In this document: positions 1-10,268 of the stretch, piece after piece
Layout: each line of letters opens with the position of its first letter
Numbering within the stretch: the stretch's first letter is position 1
Virus record (IMG/VR): IMGVR_UViG_3300042453_005424
Coordinates: 10,455-74,454 of that record
Direction: 5' to 3' (one strand)
Length of the DNA: 64,000 nucleotides
Source: a virus
Position numbers and translations under genes: made by a program
The notes under the pieces: generated by a model
Database searches by the model: none
What the model was told of the DNA's origin: nothing
Seen by the model: only the letters and a program-made list of their open reading frames with translations

Positions 1-613
1 TGATCAATTTAATTCTATTATTTAATATAGCTGTAGACAAATTTAATTTTTTAGATATGCCTGCATTATCTAGAATTTGTTTACCTCCGAAGCCTGTTTT
101 ATGCTCGAATATTAATTTGTCTGAGGGTGACAGGTCATGATAAACAAAATGCACCCATTCATCATTACCGCTCTCGAATAAGGCCGGTGATTCAAATAAA
201 TTAGACATAGCTGATGTAGTTTTTTTGCTGCGCAGCATATTATTGACCATTTTCATACTAAAGCCTGTATGCTCAGATAATTCTGAAACTGTTGGGTTTC
301 TTCCTAATGTATGCTCTAAATCTTTCTCGACCCGCATCAGTTTATTAATACCGAATTGTGTATTTTCCGGAAGTCTTATAACGTTACCGTATTGTGTAGA
401 TAATCTTGATAATTTTTTCAAGTTGTTAACCAAATAAGTACTAAATTTATACCCAGACGTAGGTTCGTACGAAGCTGCCGCATCTCGTGCCAGTTTATAA
501 GCCTCTATTTGAACCGTTATAAGAGGAATATTCGTTGCGTACCTCGCCGCTTCTAGCTCAATTAACTTTTTGTTTTCTTTTATAAGCTTTTCTATTTCGT
601 TTTTACTTTTCAT
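1..613 (-). CDS. Sigma-70-family RNA polymerase sigma factor (3' truncated at window edge; not in ORF track)
   Basis: Manual translation from the ATG at 613: MKSKNEIEKLIKENKKLIELEAARY...YEPTSGYKFSTYL (region 2.3-like), NVIRLPEN, LEHTLGRNPTVSELSEHTG (region 3), LSPSDKLIFEHKTG...ISKKLNLS (region 4 HTH). Open to position 2. Confidence 0.85.
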   Translation of the reverse strand, partial: MKSKNEIEKLIKENKKLIELEAARYATNIPLITVQIEAYKLARDAAASYEPTSGYKFSTYLVNNLKKLSRLSTQYGNVIRLPENTQFGINKLMRVEKDLEHTLGRNPTVSELSEHTGFSMKMVNNMLRSKKTTSAMSNLFESPALFESGNDEWVHFVYHDLSPSDKLIFEHKTGFGGKQILDNAGISKKLNLSTAILNNRIKLI

Positions 614-619
614 AGTTAA

Positions 620-2287
620 TCACCTGGTATCTCCTAAAAATCCGCTCTGAACACCACTTTCTTTTCCTTGGTTGTAACCTAAAAATTTATCAGAGGATAC
701 ACCTGCCGGGGATGACCCAATTCTACCGCACGAAAAATTTACAGTGGTCATCGCAGACCCTGTGTTGGGGCTGGACATGTCTATTCTGTGTGTCACGCCT
801 GTAACATAAAAAGCTAATGTTAGCTTTGTTTCTCTGATATAAATTGAGCCGCCTGTGCCTGGAGCCCACTGAGGATTAAAATCCATCACGATTGTTCCTG
901 TTCTATCTCCGTACCTATTCTGGTATAATTTAATTTCAGCATAGTTATTCAGAACTTCGCCCACCTTCTGCACATCACCTTTCTTTTTTTCAAACTGTTG
1001 TTTATACCCAGATTGGCTTTCGCTTTTAGCCTGGTCATATTTAAGAGGAGCTTTCATCATTGAATCGCCTGGGTTATCCAACCTAGGCTTTCCTTCTTTT
1101 GAATCAGTCACGTAAGGAGCATTAGGTGAAAAAAGCATAAATGGATTGCTTTTAACGACTAAAACTCCGGATGCCTGTGATACGTTTTTCTCGTCCATGT
1201 ATTCTCCGGAGAGACCTGTATCAAATGCCGGCCCTCCCAAGTACATACCGTCTATATGTGTGGGTTGAGCAATAACAACTGCAGCGATATCCCTATAACC
1301 ATTATCATTATAGGTATAGCTGACATAGTCTGCAGGACCCCCTTTGTTCGGAGCGCTTTGCACTTGTCCTTTACCTGGAGACCCGGAGTTTTGCTTTAAA
1401 ACCGAATTAAACGGAACAACCCAACCTTTACTATTACCAAATATTATAGAGCATCCGAGTAATTCTAAAAAGCCCATATAATTTTCAAGCAAAACATTAG
1501 AACCTTCTACAAATGCGGATTGTATAACTTTTAAAGCTGCTGGGTGTGAAGCTTTGGCTTGGGCTATGGACCCACTCTCTACAGCGCTAAGGTCTAAACT
1601 ATCTAGAATTTCTTTTGCCCTAGTCAACGCTTTTTTATACCTTGGGTCCGTTAGTACTTTCTTTAAAGCCTGAGATCCGGAAGGTAATTTTTCTTTCCCA
1701 GCAAATTGAAAAGGATTATTTAATTGTATATCAACAACTAATTTTAATAACTCTGTGTAATATTTTATTACGTTTTGAGTAAAAGGTAATTTTTGAGTCG
1801 CAGTCACATTGAACCAACTTTTAACCGCGTTAGACTCTTCGCCGGACTGCTTGAACCCTATAGCCATCGCCGGGTTTTTATAAATATTAACCGACACTGG
1901 ATGAAGCCCTGGCGTAATAGTGGTGATTTCCAATAATGTCTGAGCTTTGTTTTTTATAACTGCTTGATAAGAATTATTGCCTACAGCATTGCTTATGGAT
2001 AAACCATCCAAATATCCTACAAATTTAGCTGTGCGATTTTTCTTTCCTCCATCGCCTGTATAAATAGAAACATCCACATTAATTGTTACTTCATCTTTTC
2101 GCTTGAGCTGATCTGTGCTTGTTATAACTCCCGCGCTAAAAGTGTCTATTTTAGACCCTCCTCCGCTAGAGGAAAGCTCCACCAAAGCTGTCGGAATTGC
2201 GCCTACAGCATAATTTATAGTAACACCCACAGGTGTAATTCCACTTAACCCTGATACGTTGATTTTTACGTCAGTTTGTTTTGCCAT
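620..2287 (-). CDS. Putative baseplate hub / tail protein (gp27/gpD-like)
   Basis: Lies downstream of the tape measure gene. The C-terminal FNPQWAPG...FYVTGVTHRID pattern is typical of hub proteins. Confidence 0.5.
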   Translation of the reverse strand: MAKQTDVKINVSGLSGITPVGVTINYAVGAIPTALVELSSSGGGSKIDTFSAGVITSTDQLKRKDEVTINVDVSIYTGDGGKKNRTAKFVGYLDGLSISNAVGNNSYQAVIKNKAQTLLEITTITPGLHPVSVNIYKNPAMAIGFKQSGEESNAVKSWFNVTATQKLPFTQNVIKYYTELLKLVVDIQLNNPFQFAGKEKLPSGSQALKKVLTDPRYKKALTRAKEILDSLDLSAVESGSIAQAKASHPAALKVIQSAFVEGSNVLLENYMGFLELLGCSIIFGNSKGWVVPFNSVLKQNSGSPGKGQVQSAPNKGGPADYVSYTYNDNGYRDIAAVVIAQPTHIDGMYLGGPAFDTGLSGEYMDEKNVSQASGVLVVKSNPFMLFSPNAPYVTDSKEGKPRLDNPGDSMMKAPLKYDQAKSESQSGYKQQFEKKKGDVQKVGEVLNNYAEIKLYQNRYGDRTGTIVMDFNPQWAPGTGGSIYIRETKLTLAFYVTGVTHRIDMSSPNTGSAMTTVNFSCGRIGSSPAGVSSDKFLGYNQGKESGVQSGFLGDTR

Positions 2288-3236
2288 ATATGTCGTTTAC
2301 TTTTTCAACATAGGCTAAAAGCAGCCCTGAAAGCCTATATATATCATTGTAATGGGACGACCACAAGTTTTCATAAGTTTTAGTTGAAGAAGTACTGTTG
2401 AACTTAAACATATCTTCAACAATCCCTCGCTCATTACTTAACCGACTAATCAAGCCAGGTATGTCAAATTTCATCGAAGTTTCCGCAGTAAATAACCAAG
2501 ACTTATTCTCGCCCGATAAAAATAAGTCTAAAGGCCCTACAATATTAAACCCTATCCCGGTATCTCCTATCTTTATATGATTAGACATGTTGTCGTCATG
2601 CGCAGATTTCGAAATAGTTATAGCCATATTTGCTGGAGAGCGCGAATCAGCCTCTCCGAACTTATAATATCTCCTTTGCACAGGAGAAAAAATGGTGATG
2701 CTTGGTGTGCTGCCTTCCTGCCTTATCAAAAAACTATCGAAAAAAAGATTTGCCTCTAGCCGTTGTTTTAATTTTCCTGTTATGATTAAACTGAATTTAT
2801 TATCAGAGCTTTTCGGTATCGATATTTTTGGAATTTTAAAATAGTCGGAAGTTGCAGACAGTTCAAATAAATCATACGTAATTCTATTGTCGTATCTCAT
2901 TATTTGCGGAGTCATACCCGCCGCGTCAATAATTTTTAAATAACTAAATAAAAAAAACTGTTTATAGTAATCTGAGCATTCCTCAGGAAAAAGAATACTA
3001 TGCACATTTTTTAAAGCCGGAGGCAATTCTATAACTGTGTAATTCTTATTTAAAAATACTGAAGGTGAGCTTTCTGTTATAAGCGCTCCGCCCAATATAT
3101 TCGATATCTCTATAAAATATTCGTCTCGGGTTTGTAAAAAATGATTGTCATATCCCATTAAGAGATAATTTTGCACTGATGCTTTTATAACTGATAAACG
3201 CACATTAGTTAAAAGTGTAGCGAAGTGGTTAACCAT
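2271..3236 (-). CDS. Hypothetical virion/baseplate protein
   Basis: 321-aa ORF within the tail operon. Confidence 0.45.
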   Translation of the reverse strand: MVNHFATLLTNVRLSVIKASVQNYLLMGYDNHFLQTRDEYFIEISNILGGALITESSPSVFLNKNYTVIELPPALKNVHSILFPEECSDYYKQFFLFSYLKIIDAAGMTPQIMRYDNRITYDLFELSATSDYFKIPKISIPKSSDNKFSLIITGKLKQRLEANLFFDSFLIRQEGSTPSITIFSPVQRRYYKFGEADSRSPANMAITISKSAHDDNMSNHIKIGDTGIGFNIVGPLDLFLSGENKSWLFTAETSMKFDIPGLISRLSNERGIVEDMFKFNSTSSTKTYENLWSSHYNDIYRLSGLLLAYVEKVNDIYGKTN

Positions 3237-3241
3237 AATTA

Positions 3242-3685
3242 TTACATTGTGTGATTAACTATGGAAAAGTTGAACACAAACTGAGCCATAGTGTCTGGTT
3301 CGCTAATCACTGATATTTGTGCTGAGTTTAGTATTACTGTTAAAGTCATGCTGCCGATACTGATTGTTTGCTCTTTACCTCTTAACCCCGAAACAGCCCC
3401 AGAAAATTTATTTAGCCCCGGGATATCTCCATCACATTTGCTAAACATAATTCCGGCGACATTTACTGTTCCGAGTCCTTTACCAAAATGAATAAATTTA
3501 ATTACGTCGTCGAATGTTAAAAAATATTGAATTGTTTCACCTATCTGAACACTTACTTCGGTATAAATAGCTAATCCGGATTGTCCGACTATATTATCTA
3601 CCTGAGGTATTTTAACTAAGTGATCTGCAGAGCCACCGCTCTTAAACACATCATCTTTTTCTAAATTAAAAAATGCTGCAGCCAT
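3242..3685 (-). CDS. Putative tail tube-like / tube initiator protein
   Basis: 147-aa beta-rich ORF immediately after the tape measure gene. Confidence 0.4.
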   Translation of the reverse strand: MAAAFFNLEKDDVFKSGGSADHLVKIPQVDNIVGQSGLAIYTEVSVQIGETIQYFLTFDDVIKFIHFGKGLGTVNVAGIMFSKCDGDIPGLNKFSGAVSGLRGKEQTISIGSMTLTVILNSAQISVISEPDTMAQFVFNFSIVNHTM

Positions 3686-3690
3686 ATAAA

Positions 3691-6600
3691 TTAACTTGTT
3701 AACGCAGATGTCAAAGCTTGAAGTGCTGAGGCTATTCCTCCTCCACCTTCAAAAACTTCTTTAAACTGTTTCAATATATCTTTCATATCTCCCATACCTT
3801 TATCCTCAGGCGCTTGAGCTCCTGTCGCTTTTAATTTATCATCTATTGTACTTAAACTTCCTTGGGTCTGCGATAATATAACTCCTAGCTGCCCTCCTGC
3901 GCCATCTGAATATTTTTTTCTAACTTCTTCACTGGCAAACATACCTGAGGTTGTTGAATAGTCTGCAACCATCTTCTCCACATCTACAGACCCATCTTCT
4001 TTTTTATAGTTTTCTTTTGCCCTACCGATTAACTCGGCCGCCTCTCCTGACGCTGAGCTAGCGAACTCGTCTATACGCTTTTCCGCAGTGGTCAGTGTTT
4101 CCTCTTTAGCTTTGTCTGTTTCTGCTTTAAGTAATTGTTGCCTTCTAGACTCTATAGCCGCGGCACCTAAATTTCTTACACCTCCGTTATTCGCCATATC
4201 AAAAGCTGCTTCTGACTCAAGTAATCCCATTTTTTCAGCAGTCTCTAGGGCATTAAACATAGATTGATCTAACTCATTTAGATCTTCTCCTTTATCCACC
4301 CTAGTTCTAAAATCCTGTAAGTCTCTTTTAGCGGTTTTTACGGATCCTACGGTTTTAAGCTGTACCGCAGCATTTTCCAAGTCTTCACTACTAATTTCTC
4401 CTAATTTTTCTGCTAATTCGGTATCACCGGTCTGTCTTGCTTCTGCTATTCTGCCCTGTATAACAGCGTTCACACCTTCAGCCATTTTATCCGATATAGT
4501 GGCATCCCCACCCTCCATAGCGCTCGCAGCAGCAATTCCTTCAGCCCCTTTCAAGGATTGTTCGCGCGCTTTTTTTAGTTTTGGTGAAGTAACTCCCTCT
4601 GTAGTGAATAAACCTTCTATAGCTTGAGTTATTTCTCCTATATTTTCGCCTGAAGCTACCGCGTTAACCATTTGTGTAACCATTGGTGCATTAAGCCCGC
4701 CCAGCCTTTTTGACATATCGGCTTCAGTTTTAGCTTGTGTGTCGATCAAATTTTTAACACGAGTTTTTTGCTCTTCTGTCATAGTAGACATGTAGAGATC
4801 TTGCATAACAGAAGATCTAGCCATATTCGCAAACCTCTGCGAATCTTCTGTCATAGGCATATTTGTTAAAAGTTCCGAGTCGAAAAAAGTTCCTGCGCTT
4901 ATTCCTTTAGCTTGAGCTTCCTTAAATTTTTGTTTTATTTCTTCCTCGCTAATTCCCATCATTTCCATCCCCTCATAAAATGAGCGGGTCATAGTCCCTT
5001 TTGCTCCTCGTCGCAAACTCGAACTTATGTCTTCATCAGCCAAAGCTCTTTGCTGTAAATCTGCTCGCGACATATTTGCTACAACAAGAGAAGTATCCAT
5101 ACCTAATTTTTCTGATACATTCGCTAAAAAATTAGGATCAGCATAATCTTGTGGAGTAAATTCTCCTGAAGAAAATTGCTGCTTTAATTCTTCATATAAC
5201 TCTGGGCTTTTTCCTTTGGCCATTTGCAACAATGCTGCAAGCCCTCCTGTATAGCCGGATTGGAGATATTCTTGCTCAGAAGTTATTTCTTTTGCAGCTA
5301 TGCCTTGCGATCCTCCAGCTTTACGATAATCTTCTGGACTCATAACTGCCCCCATTGTAGCAGCTGTTTCTATAGCCTTAACGGACATTTCTGTTACAGT
5401 AGAAGAGCTTAGGTATTGCAGCTGAGGATTATTTCTAGCCAATTCTTTAGCAGAATCGATTATACCGAACATCGCTTCTAAACTAACCCCAGCCACTCTA
5501 GCTGTGGCTTTTGCTTTGCGTAAAATATCTTCTATTCCCTGAGCATCTTTTCCGGCGTCATTCGAAGATAACTTATTACCTAGCTTAGCGGTTTCTTCAC
5601 CTAGTCTAGGATCAGGCTCTGAGGAGGGGCCTGAAGCACCTACCTTTGGAGCTTCTCCTGGTTCTGTAGGCAACACACTCGATTCTCGAGAAGATAAATC
5701 GTAAGTTGCAGTCCCTACAAAATCGTTTATTCTTTCGACTAACTGTGCTCCAGATAAATCATTGCCGAATAAAGATCTGGCTGCGTCCAAAGCTCCCCCA
5801 GCATTTTTAGAGAAGTCAGCCATAGCCGCTGCTGGAGAAGAACCTCTCCTGTCTCCCAGTAATCTCAATTCAGCGGCTTTGTTAAACGCAGATGTAAAAT
5901 CTTCCAACTTAAACCCTCTAGAATTTTCAAAATTAAATCCCTTAAAACGCCCTTTTCCTTCTCGGTAAGCTTCTCCCTCCATTGTCAATCTCTCTATAGG
6001 ATCAAGCTCAGCTGTTTTTTCTAAAAGATCTCTTACTTTTTCCGTATTTAATTGACCGTCTTTATTTTTTAATTTTTTAAGCTGCTCTTCTGTGGCTACA
6101 TTGTATTTTTTAAGCTGCTCTTCTAATCGCTCATTATACTCTTTTTTAACCGATTCATCGCTCTCGTCGATTAATTTTTCTACATCCACATCAAGCATAT
6201 TAACTACCTGACGTTTTCTACGTATTCTATCTTTTACATTACGTGTAATTTCTGTATCAGCTCCTCCCTCAGGGCTTGTAATATCTATCTTCTCAAGCTG
6301 CTCCATTCCTTTTTCGGTGAGCTTTCCTTCGTCGTCCAAGTCCAACTCAATACCTAAGTCTTTAAGATAATTAATGCCAGTTTCTCCCTCTTCCAATCTG
6401 TCTGTTATAAATTTCCGTGTTTTGTCTTGCACATACTTTCTAGCCCCAGGGGTTCCATCAGGCGCTGTTTCGTACTGTTGCTCCGCATAAAAATTTTTGG
6501 CTAAAGACTGCATTACGGCTTCTGTTTCTTCGGGTGTTATCGCACCAATCCTTCCAAAATTCCCCATAATATCTGCCCCAGCCAATCCGGCGTAAGTCTG

Positions 6601-6954
6601 CATTTGCGCAGCCATGGGATTTCCTCCTAAAAGAGGACTCATAGCTCTGGCCAATAACCCGTCCGGAGAACCCATGAAACGCCCGGCCAGCCCGGTAAGA
6701 GGATTTTCACTTATTCCTAACGACTTAGAAATCTGGTTATTCATGAACCCTGAGCGCTGTAAGTTCATAAATTGAGCAGAACGTTCTCGTTGAATAAATG
6801 CGTCATACACGCTTTGCCCGCTATCTGGGCGAGGAGTATAACCGGCCCCATACAAACCCTGCATCATCAAGTTCATCACTGGATTACCATAGTTCCTCCC
6901 GAATGGGGAATATGCCGCGTAATCTTCGTAAGGGCTAAATGTATTCACATTCAT
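3691..6954 (-). CDS. Tape measure protein
   Basis: 1087 aa, helical and Ala/Gly/Glu-rich. Directly follows the chaperone pair carrying the slippery site. Confidence 0.7.
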   Translation of the reverse strand: MNVNTFSPYEDYAAYSPFGRNYGNPVMNLMMQGLYGAGYTPRPDSGQSVYDAFIQRERSAQFMNLQRSGFMNNQISKSLGISENPLTGLAGRFMGSPDGLLARAMSPLLGGNPMAAQMQTYAGLAGADIMGNFGRIGAITPEETEAVMQSLAKNFYAEQQYETAPDGTPGARKYVQDKTRKFITDRLEEGETGINYLKDLGIELDLDDEGKLTEKGMEQLEKIDITSPEGGADTEITRNVKDRIRRKRQVVNMLDVDVEKLIDESDESVKKEYNERLEEQLKKYNVATEEQLKKLKNKDGQLNTEKVRDLLEKTAELDPIERLTMEGEAYREGKGRFKGFNFENSRGFKLEDFTSAFNKAAELRLLGDRRGSSPAAAMADFSKNAGGALDAARSLFGNDLSGAQLVERINDFVGTATYDLSSRESSVLPTEPGEAPKVGASGPSSEPDPRLGEETAKLGNKLSSNDAGKDAQGIEDILRKAKATARVAGVSLEAMFGIIDSAKELARNNPQLQYLSSSTVTEMSVKAIETAATMGAVMSPEDYRKAGGSQGIAAKEITSEQEYLQSGYTGGLAALLQMAKGKSPELYEELKQQFSSGEFTPQDYADPNFLANVSEKLGMDTSLVVANMSRADLQQRALADEDISSSLRRGAKGTMTRSFYEGMEMMGISEEEIKQKFKEAQAKGISAGTFFDSELLTNMPMTEDSQRFANMARSSVMQDLYMSTMTEEQKTRVKNLIDTQAKTEADMSKRLGGLNAPMVTQMVNAVASGENIGEITQAIEGLFTTEGVTSPKLKKAREQSLKGAEGIAAASAMEGGDATISDKMAEGVNAVIQGRIAEARQTGDTELAEKLGEISSEDLENAAVQLKTVGSVKTAKRDLQDFRTRVDKGEDLNELDQSMFNALETAEKMGLLESEAAFDMANNGGVRNLGAAAIESRRQQLLKAETDKAKEETLTTAEKRIDEFASSASGEAAELIGRAKENYKKEDGSVDVEKMVADYSTTSGMFASEEVRKKYSDGAGGQLGVILSQTQGSLSTIDDKLKATGAQAPEDKGMGDMKDILKQFKEVFEGGGGIASALQALTSALTS

Positions 6955-6974
6955 TGTTTATCTGTATCTTAACA

Positions 6975-7331
6975 CTATTTTTTATTTATATTACTTAGAA
7001 AAAGTTTCCATTCAGCTAAATCTTCTTTACTCAATTGTTTCTTTTCTTGCTTTATTTTATCTTTTGCTACTATAGAAGGCAATTTTAAAGCTATCAGCAT
7101 TTTATTTAATTCAAAAATAGGCTCGAACAGCTCTTTGGAGCGTTTGTCTGAAGTAGCTCTAAGCGTAGACTCAATGAATAGTTTTTCTTTAAGTAATTCA
7201 AACATCCTATCATTTTGAAGTTTATGCAAAATAATCTCTTCTCTCAACCGAGAAGTACGCTGAGGATATTTAAAGTTCAGCCAGCCCCTAAGATAGCCTT
7301 CTATAAGGCAACTTACGCGCTGGCTTTCCAA
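6975..7331 (-). CDS. Tail assembly chaperone, -1 frame extension (gpT-like)
   Basis: Its TTG 'start' coincides with the end of the slippery heptamer in the upstream gene. Precedes the tape measure gene. Confidence 0.65.
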   Translation of the reverse strand: MESQRVSCLIEGYLRGWLNFKYPQRTSRLREEIILHKLQNDRMFELLKEKLFIESTLRATSDKRSKELFEPIFELNKMLIALKLPSIVAKDKIKQEKKQLSKEDLAEWKLFLSNINKK

Positions 7332-7828
7332 AAATTTACAGTTTGTACCTCATTTGTAAGTTTTATTATTTTAGCCTCAAACTTTTGGAAAGCATCCAAA
7401 AAAAGTGACAACTTATAAGTGGGCCATGATTTAAAAGACTTAGCTCTTGCTACAATATAGCTGTCGTTATCCCCTACTGTTAAATACGTATCTTTGTTAA
7501 TATCAGAATATACCTTTTCGTCTACAGACACTAACGCTAAGCCTAATCTGTATGTTGCAATTGTAATGAAATAAGCATCATTATCCATAGCTACACCAGC
7601 CTTTTTATCTGCAACTATCTGATTAACAACATCTGTGTTTTCTTGGACGGTCAATGACCTGAATCTAACTTTTAATTGACCATCAAAAAGAGGTATTGCC
7701 TCCTCGTAAGATCTGTCGGATAAAACACTTTTTAAAAAATTTTCTTTATCTTGCTCAGTAATATCTATTCTAGCTGGTTTTTCTGTACTCATATCTATAG
7801 AAGGATTGAATGATGGTTGGTTATTCAT
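7313..7828 (-). CDS. Tail assembly chaperone (gpG-like)
   Basis: 171 aa with LKVRFRSLT, in the canonical position before the tape measure gene, and with a slippery site at its 3' end. Confidence 0.65.
   Translation of the reverse strand: MNNQPSFNPSIDMSTEKPARIDITEQDKENFLKSVLSDRSYEEAIPLFDGQLKVRFRSLTVQENTDVVNQIVADKKAGVAMDNDAYFITIATYRLGLALVSVDEKVYSDINKDTYLTVGDNDSYIVARAKSFKSWPTYKLSLFLDAFQKFEAKIIKLTNEVQTVNFWKASA
7331..7337 (-). other. Programmed -1 ribosomal frameshift heptamer A-AAU-UUU
   Basis: The minus strand reads GTA AAT TTT TGG in frame (X XXY YYZ). A -1 shift enters the LESQRVSC frame of 6975..7331. Confidence 0.7.
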
Positions 7829-7836
7829 TATTTTAA

Positions 7837-10185
7837 TTATTTTGATTTTTGTACTTTGTATTGTTTCAAGGAGGATAGCGTTATATTACCTGGAGATGGT
7901 TCAGATTCAGCTTTATTGCTATAATCTTTACCTAAAGGATTAGATTCCAAATTTTTAGGTTTTTCACCTTTAAAATAAAACTGCTCAAATTTTTCTTTTC
8001 CTGGGTATGGTAGGCTGCCATTGACTTCCTCTTCCTGCCAAGGTTGTAACGAGTATAAGCTTGAAGCTAAGTCTTCTTGCTGCGCCATAGTCATAGGTAT
8101 AGCATCTTCTTGGTCACTTAACTGCCCGTATTGGTCGGATTTTAAAAACTTAAACTTCAGTTTTTCGACTTTTGATTCGTCTGTAAATATCGTCATTTTT
8201 AAAGGCTCTTTTTTAAATTCTTTTAGACTATCCAACATACCTTTAAACATCTCGGTAGGTATAACACCTTTAAGAATATCTATAAAAGGACTATCTGTAT
8301 CGTACATAACACCCAAGTTATCGTCTTTTTGACCAATATTAGTTCCAGATGAGCCGGCGACATTAACACTCTGACCAGCTATTAAGTTTAAACTTTTTGG
8401 TGTGTATATAATCAAAGATTCGTCGGTTATAAAATTTAATCGTTTATCTGGGTAGAATGTAATATCTTTTTTGCAGCGGAGGTCGATATCTTTCATACTC
8501 TCGAATAAAATTTTATCTTTTGAGTGATTCAAGATTACTTTTTCTGCGAAATTATAAATACCTAATTTAGATTTAAGGATTATTCCACCTACTTTTTCAA
8601 TCGCCATCGTTTCAGGGTCTGGCGTTCCTGGAGTATTCGAAGTACCTTCTGTTTGGAAAACAATTCCACCGTCTTTACTATAATAATAATGCGCATTTTT
8701 AGATTTGACTCTAAACCCTCCTTTTGTTGAAGAAAAATCGATGTCCCATTGCGAGGCTATGCTTACAAATCCGCCAGCTTTAACCACATTGTGTCTTAAA
8801 GGCTGGGATATCAAATCTTTAGCTGGCTGTAGATAAATATTTCCGCCTTCCATCACAATAGCAGAACTCCAGGCATCGCGAATTGCGATACCTCCGTTAG
8901 GCATAAGATATATCCCGGCAGTTCTAAGTTGGTATTCTTGAAGATCTAATTTTGTTTCTTTATCTATCGGACCGAATTCAGAAATTTTATTTTCTTTCCC
9001 GATAGAATCATTCACATAAAAATCTTTTTCATGCTTTTTAAAATTTTGATAATTAAGTTTTTCATTCACATATGCCACATAATCCCTAATTTGTAGCGCA
9101 TATAAAAAAGGATTTCCTTTAAACTTGTGATCGTTTTTGAACTCAAATTTTTCTTTTTCTTCGTACTCTAACGTGCGGGCGTCGTCTCCTTTTTTATCCT
9201 CAGGAAAAGCTATGCGATGAGGAACACGAATCCATTGCGTTTTTTCGATAAATACTTCTTTAACGCTGCGAAAATGCATTCCGCCGTCCGCACCTAAGTG
9301 AATGTCGCATAGTCCGGTATCAGGCGTACCTGGAGGCTTTAAATCGTTTTTACGTGTTTCTTGAGGGTCCGGGCGGACCACAAACAAGTGAAAAAAATCG
9401 CCTACACTACCTAAAAAAACTTTAAAGCGCTCAACAGCTTTTATACGCTCATCCTCGGTAATCTTATAAAAATCTTTTTCATCGTCGGTAGTATGTGAGC
9501 CTTCTTTAGAAAAAGTTGGAGGTGTGGCATCCGAGTTTACACAGGGTTTTCCATATAATTCGCCTGTTTTATGTGTAGCTCCAAACTCACACATTAAGCG
9601 TTTTCCGTCGTGCCATATATTGTATTCTCCGAGAGCAGTATAATGCTGAAAATTATGGCTTATAATCCTCACCATATCATCTAATAAAAAACATTGTATT
9701 TGCGCTAATTCTGATGCCTTTAAATGAGCCATTTGCTGGTACAACCCGAGCAATACTCCGAATTCATTACCTAGCACATATTCTCCATCAACTACATCAG
9801 TTGATCTTCTATTATCGTTAATAGACTGGGTGTGCTCCACATGACCCATACGATTAGCTTGGTCATCTAATGTATTTTTTTGGCCTAGCGTTGCTCTAGA
9901 TGGAAGAGAATCTACTTTGAGATTGTTTTGAGGTATGCCTCCAAGAATATAACATGTAGTCCCTGTGTTTGGTACACATAGAACTCTAGCTCCGGGTTGC
10001 GGAAGGTTAGAGTCTTTGAATCCGAAAAACGCGGCCATTGAGCTACTAATTAAAATTCCTTGCATCATATTTCCAGCATGCGGGGTATCTGACGAGGCGT
10101 ATCCCTCAGGAGCGACTATAACTGTGTTCGATCCTGCGTTAGAAGTAATTACAACTGCAGTAAATAATGTAGGTGAAGAATTCAT
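7837..10185 (-). CDS. Putative baseplate spike/hub protein (gp5/VgrG-like)
   Basis: N-terminal OB-fold-like LPQPGARVLC...YILG, then beta-helix-like repeats. Tail operon context. Confidence 0.55.
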   Translation of the reverse strand: MNSSPTLFTAVVITSNAGSNTVIVAPEGYASSDTPHAGNMMQGILISSSMAAFFGFKDSNLPQPGARVLCVPNTGTTCYILGGIPQNNLKVDSLPSRATLGQKNTLDDQANRMGHVEHTQSINDNRRSTDVVDGEYVLGNEFGVLLGLYQQMAHLKASELAQIQCFLLDDMVRIISHNFQHYTALGEYNIWHDGKRLMCEFGATHKTGELYGKPCVNSDATPPTFSKEGSHTTDDEKDFYKITEDERIKAVERFKVFLGSVGDFFHLFVVRPDPQETRKNDLKPPGTPDTGLCDIHLGADGGMHFRSVKEVFIEKTQWIRVPHRIAFPEDKKGDDARTLEYEEKEKFEFKNDHKFKGNPFLYALQIRDYVAYVNEKLNYQNFKKHEKDFYVNDSIGKENKISEFGPIDKETKLDLQEYQLRTAGIYLMPNGGIAIRDAWSSAIVMEGGNIYLQPAKDLISQPLRHNVVKAGGFVSIASQWDIDFSSTKGGFRVKSKNAHYYYSKDGGIVFQTEGTSNTPGTPDPETMAIEKVGGIILKSKLGIYNFAEKVILNHSKDKILFESMKDIDLRCKKDITFYPDKRLNFITDESLIIYTPKSLNLIAGQSVNVAGSSGTNIGQKDDNLGVMYDTDSPFIDILKGVIPTEMFKGMLDSLKEFKKEPLKMTIFTDESKVEKLKFKFLKSDQYGQLSDQEDAIPMTMAQQEDLASSLYSLQPWQEEEVNGSLPYPGKEKFEQFYFKGEKPKNLESNPLGKDYSNKAESEPSPGNITLSSLKQYKVQKSK

Positions 10186-10203
10186 TGTTTTTTTTTAGTA
10201 TAT

Positions 10204-10244
10204 AAAAAAACCTCAGCCCTTAATATATAGGACTGAGGTTTTTT
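10204..10244 (-). terminator. Rho-independent terminator after tail tube gene (possibly bidirectional)
   Basis: AAAAACCTCAG-CCT...AGG-CTGAGGTTTTT stem flanked by A/T tracts. Confidence 0.8.
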
Positions 10245-10268
10245 ATCAAGAAAATATACTGAAATATA

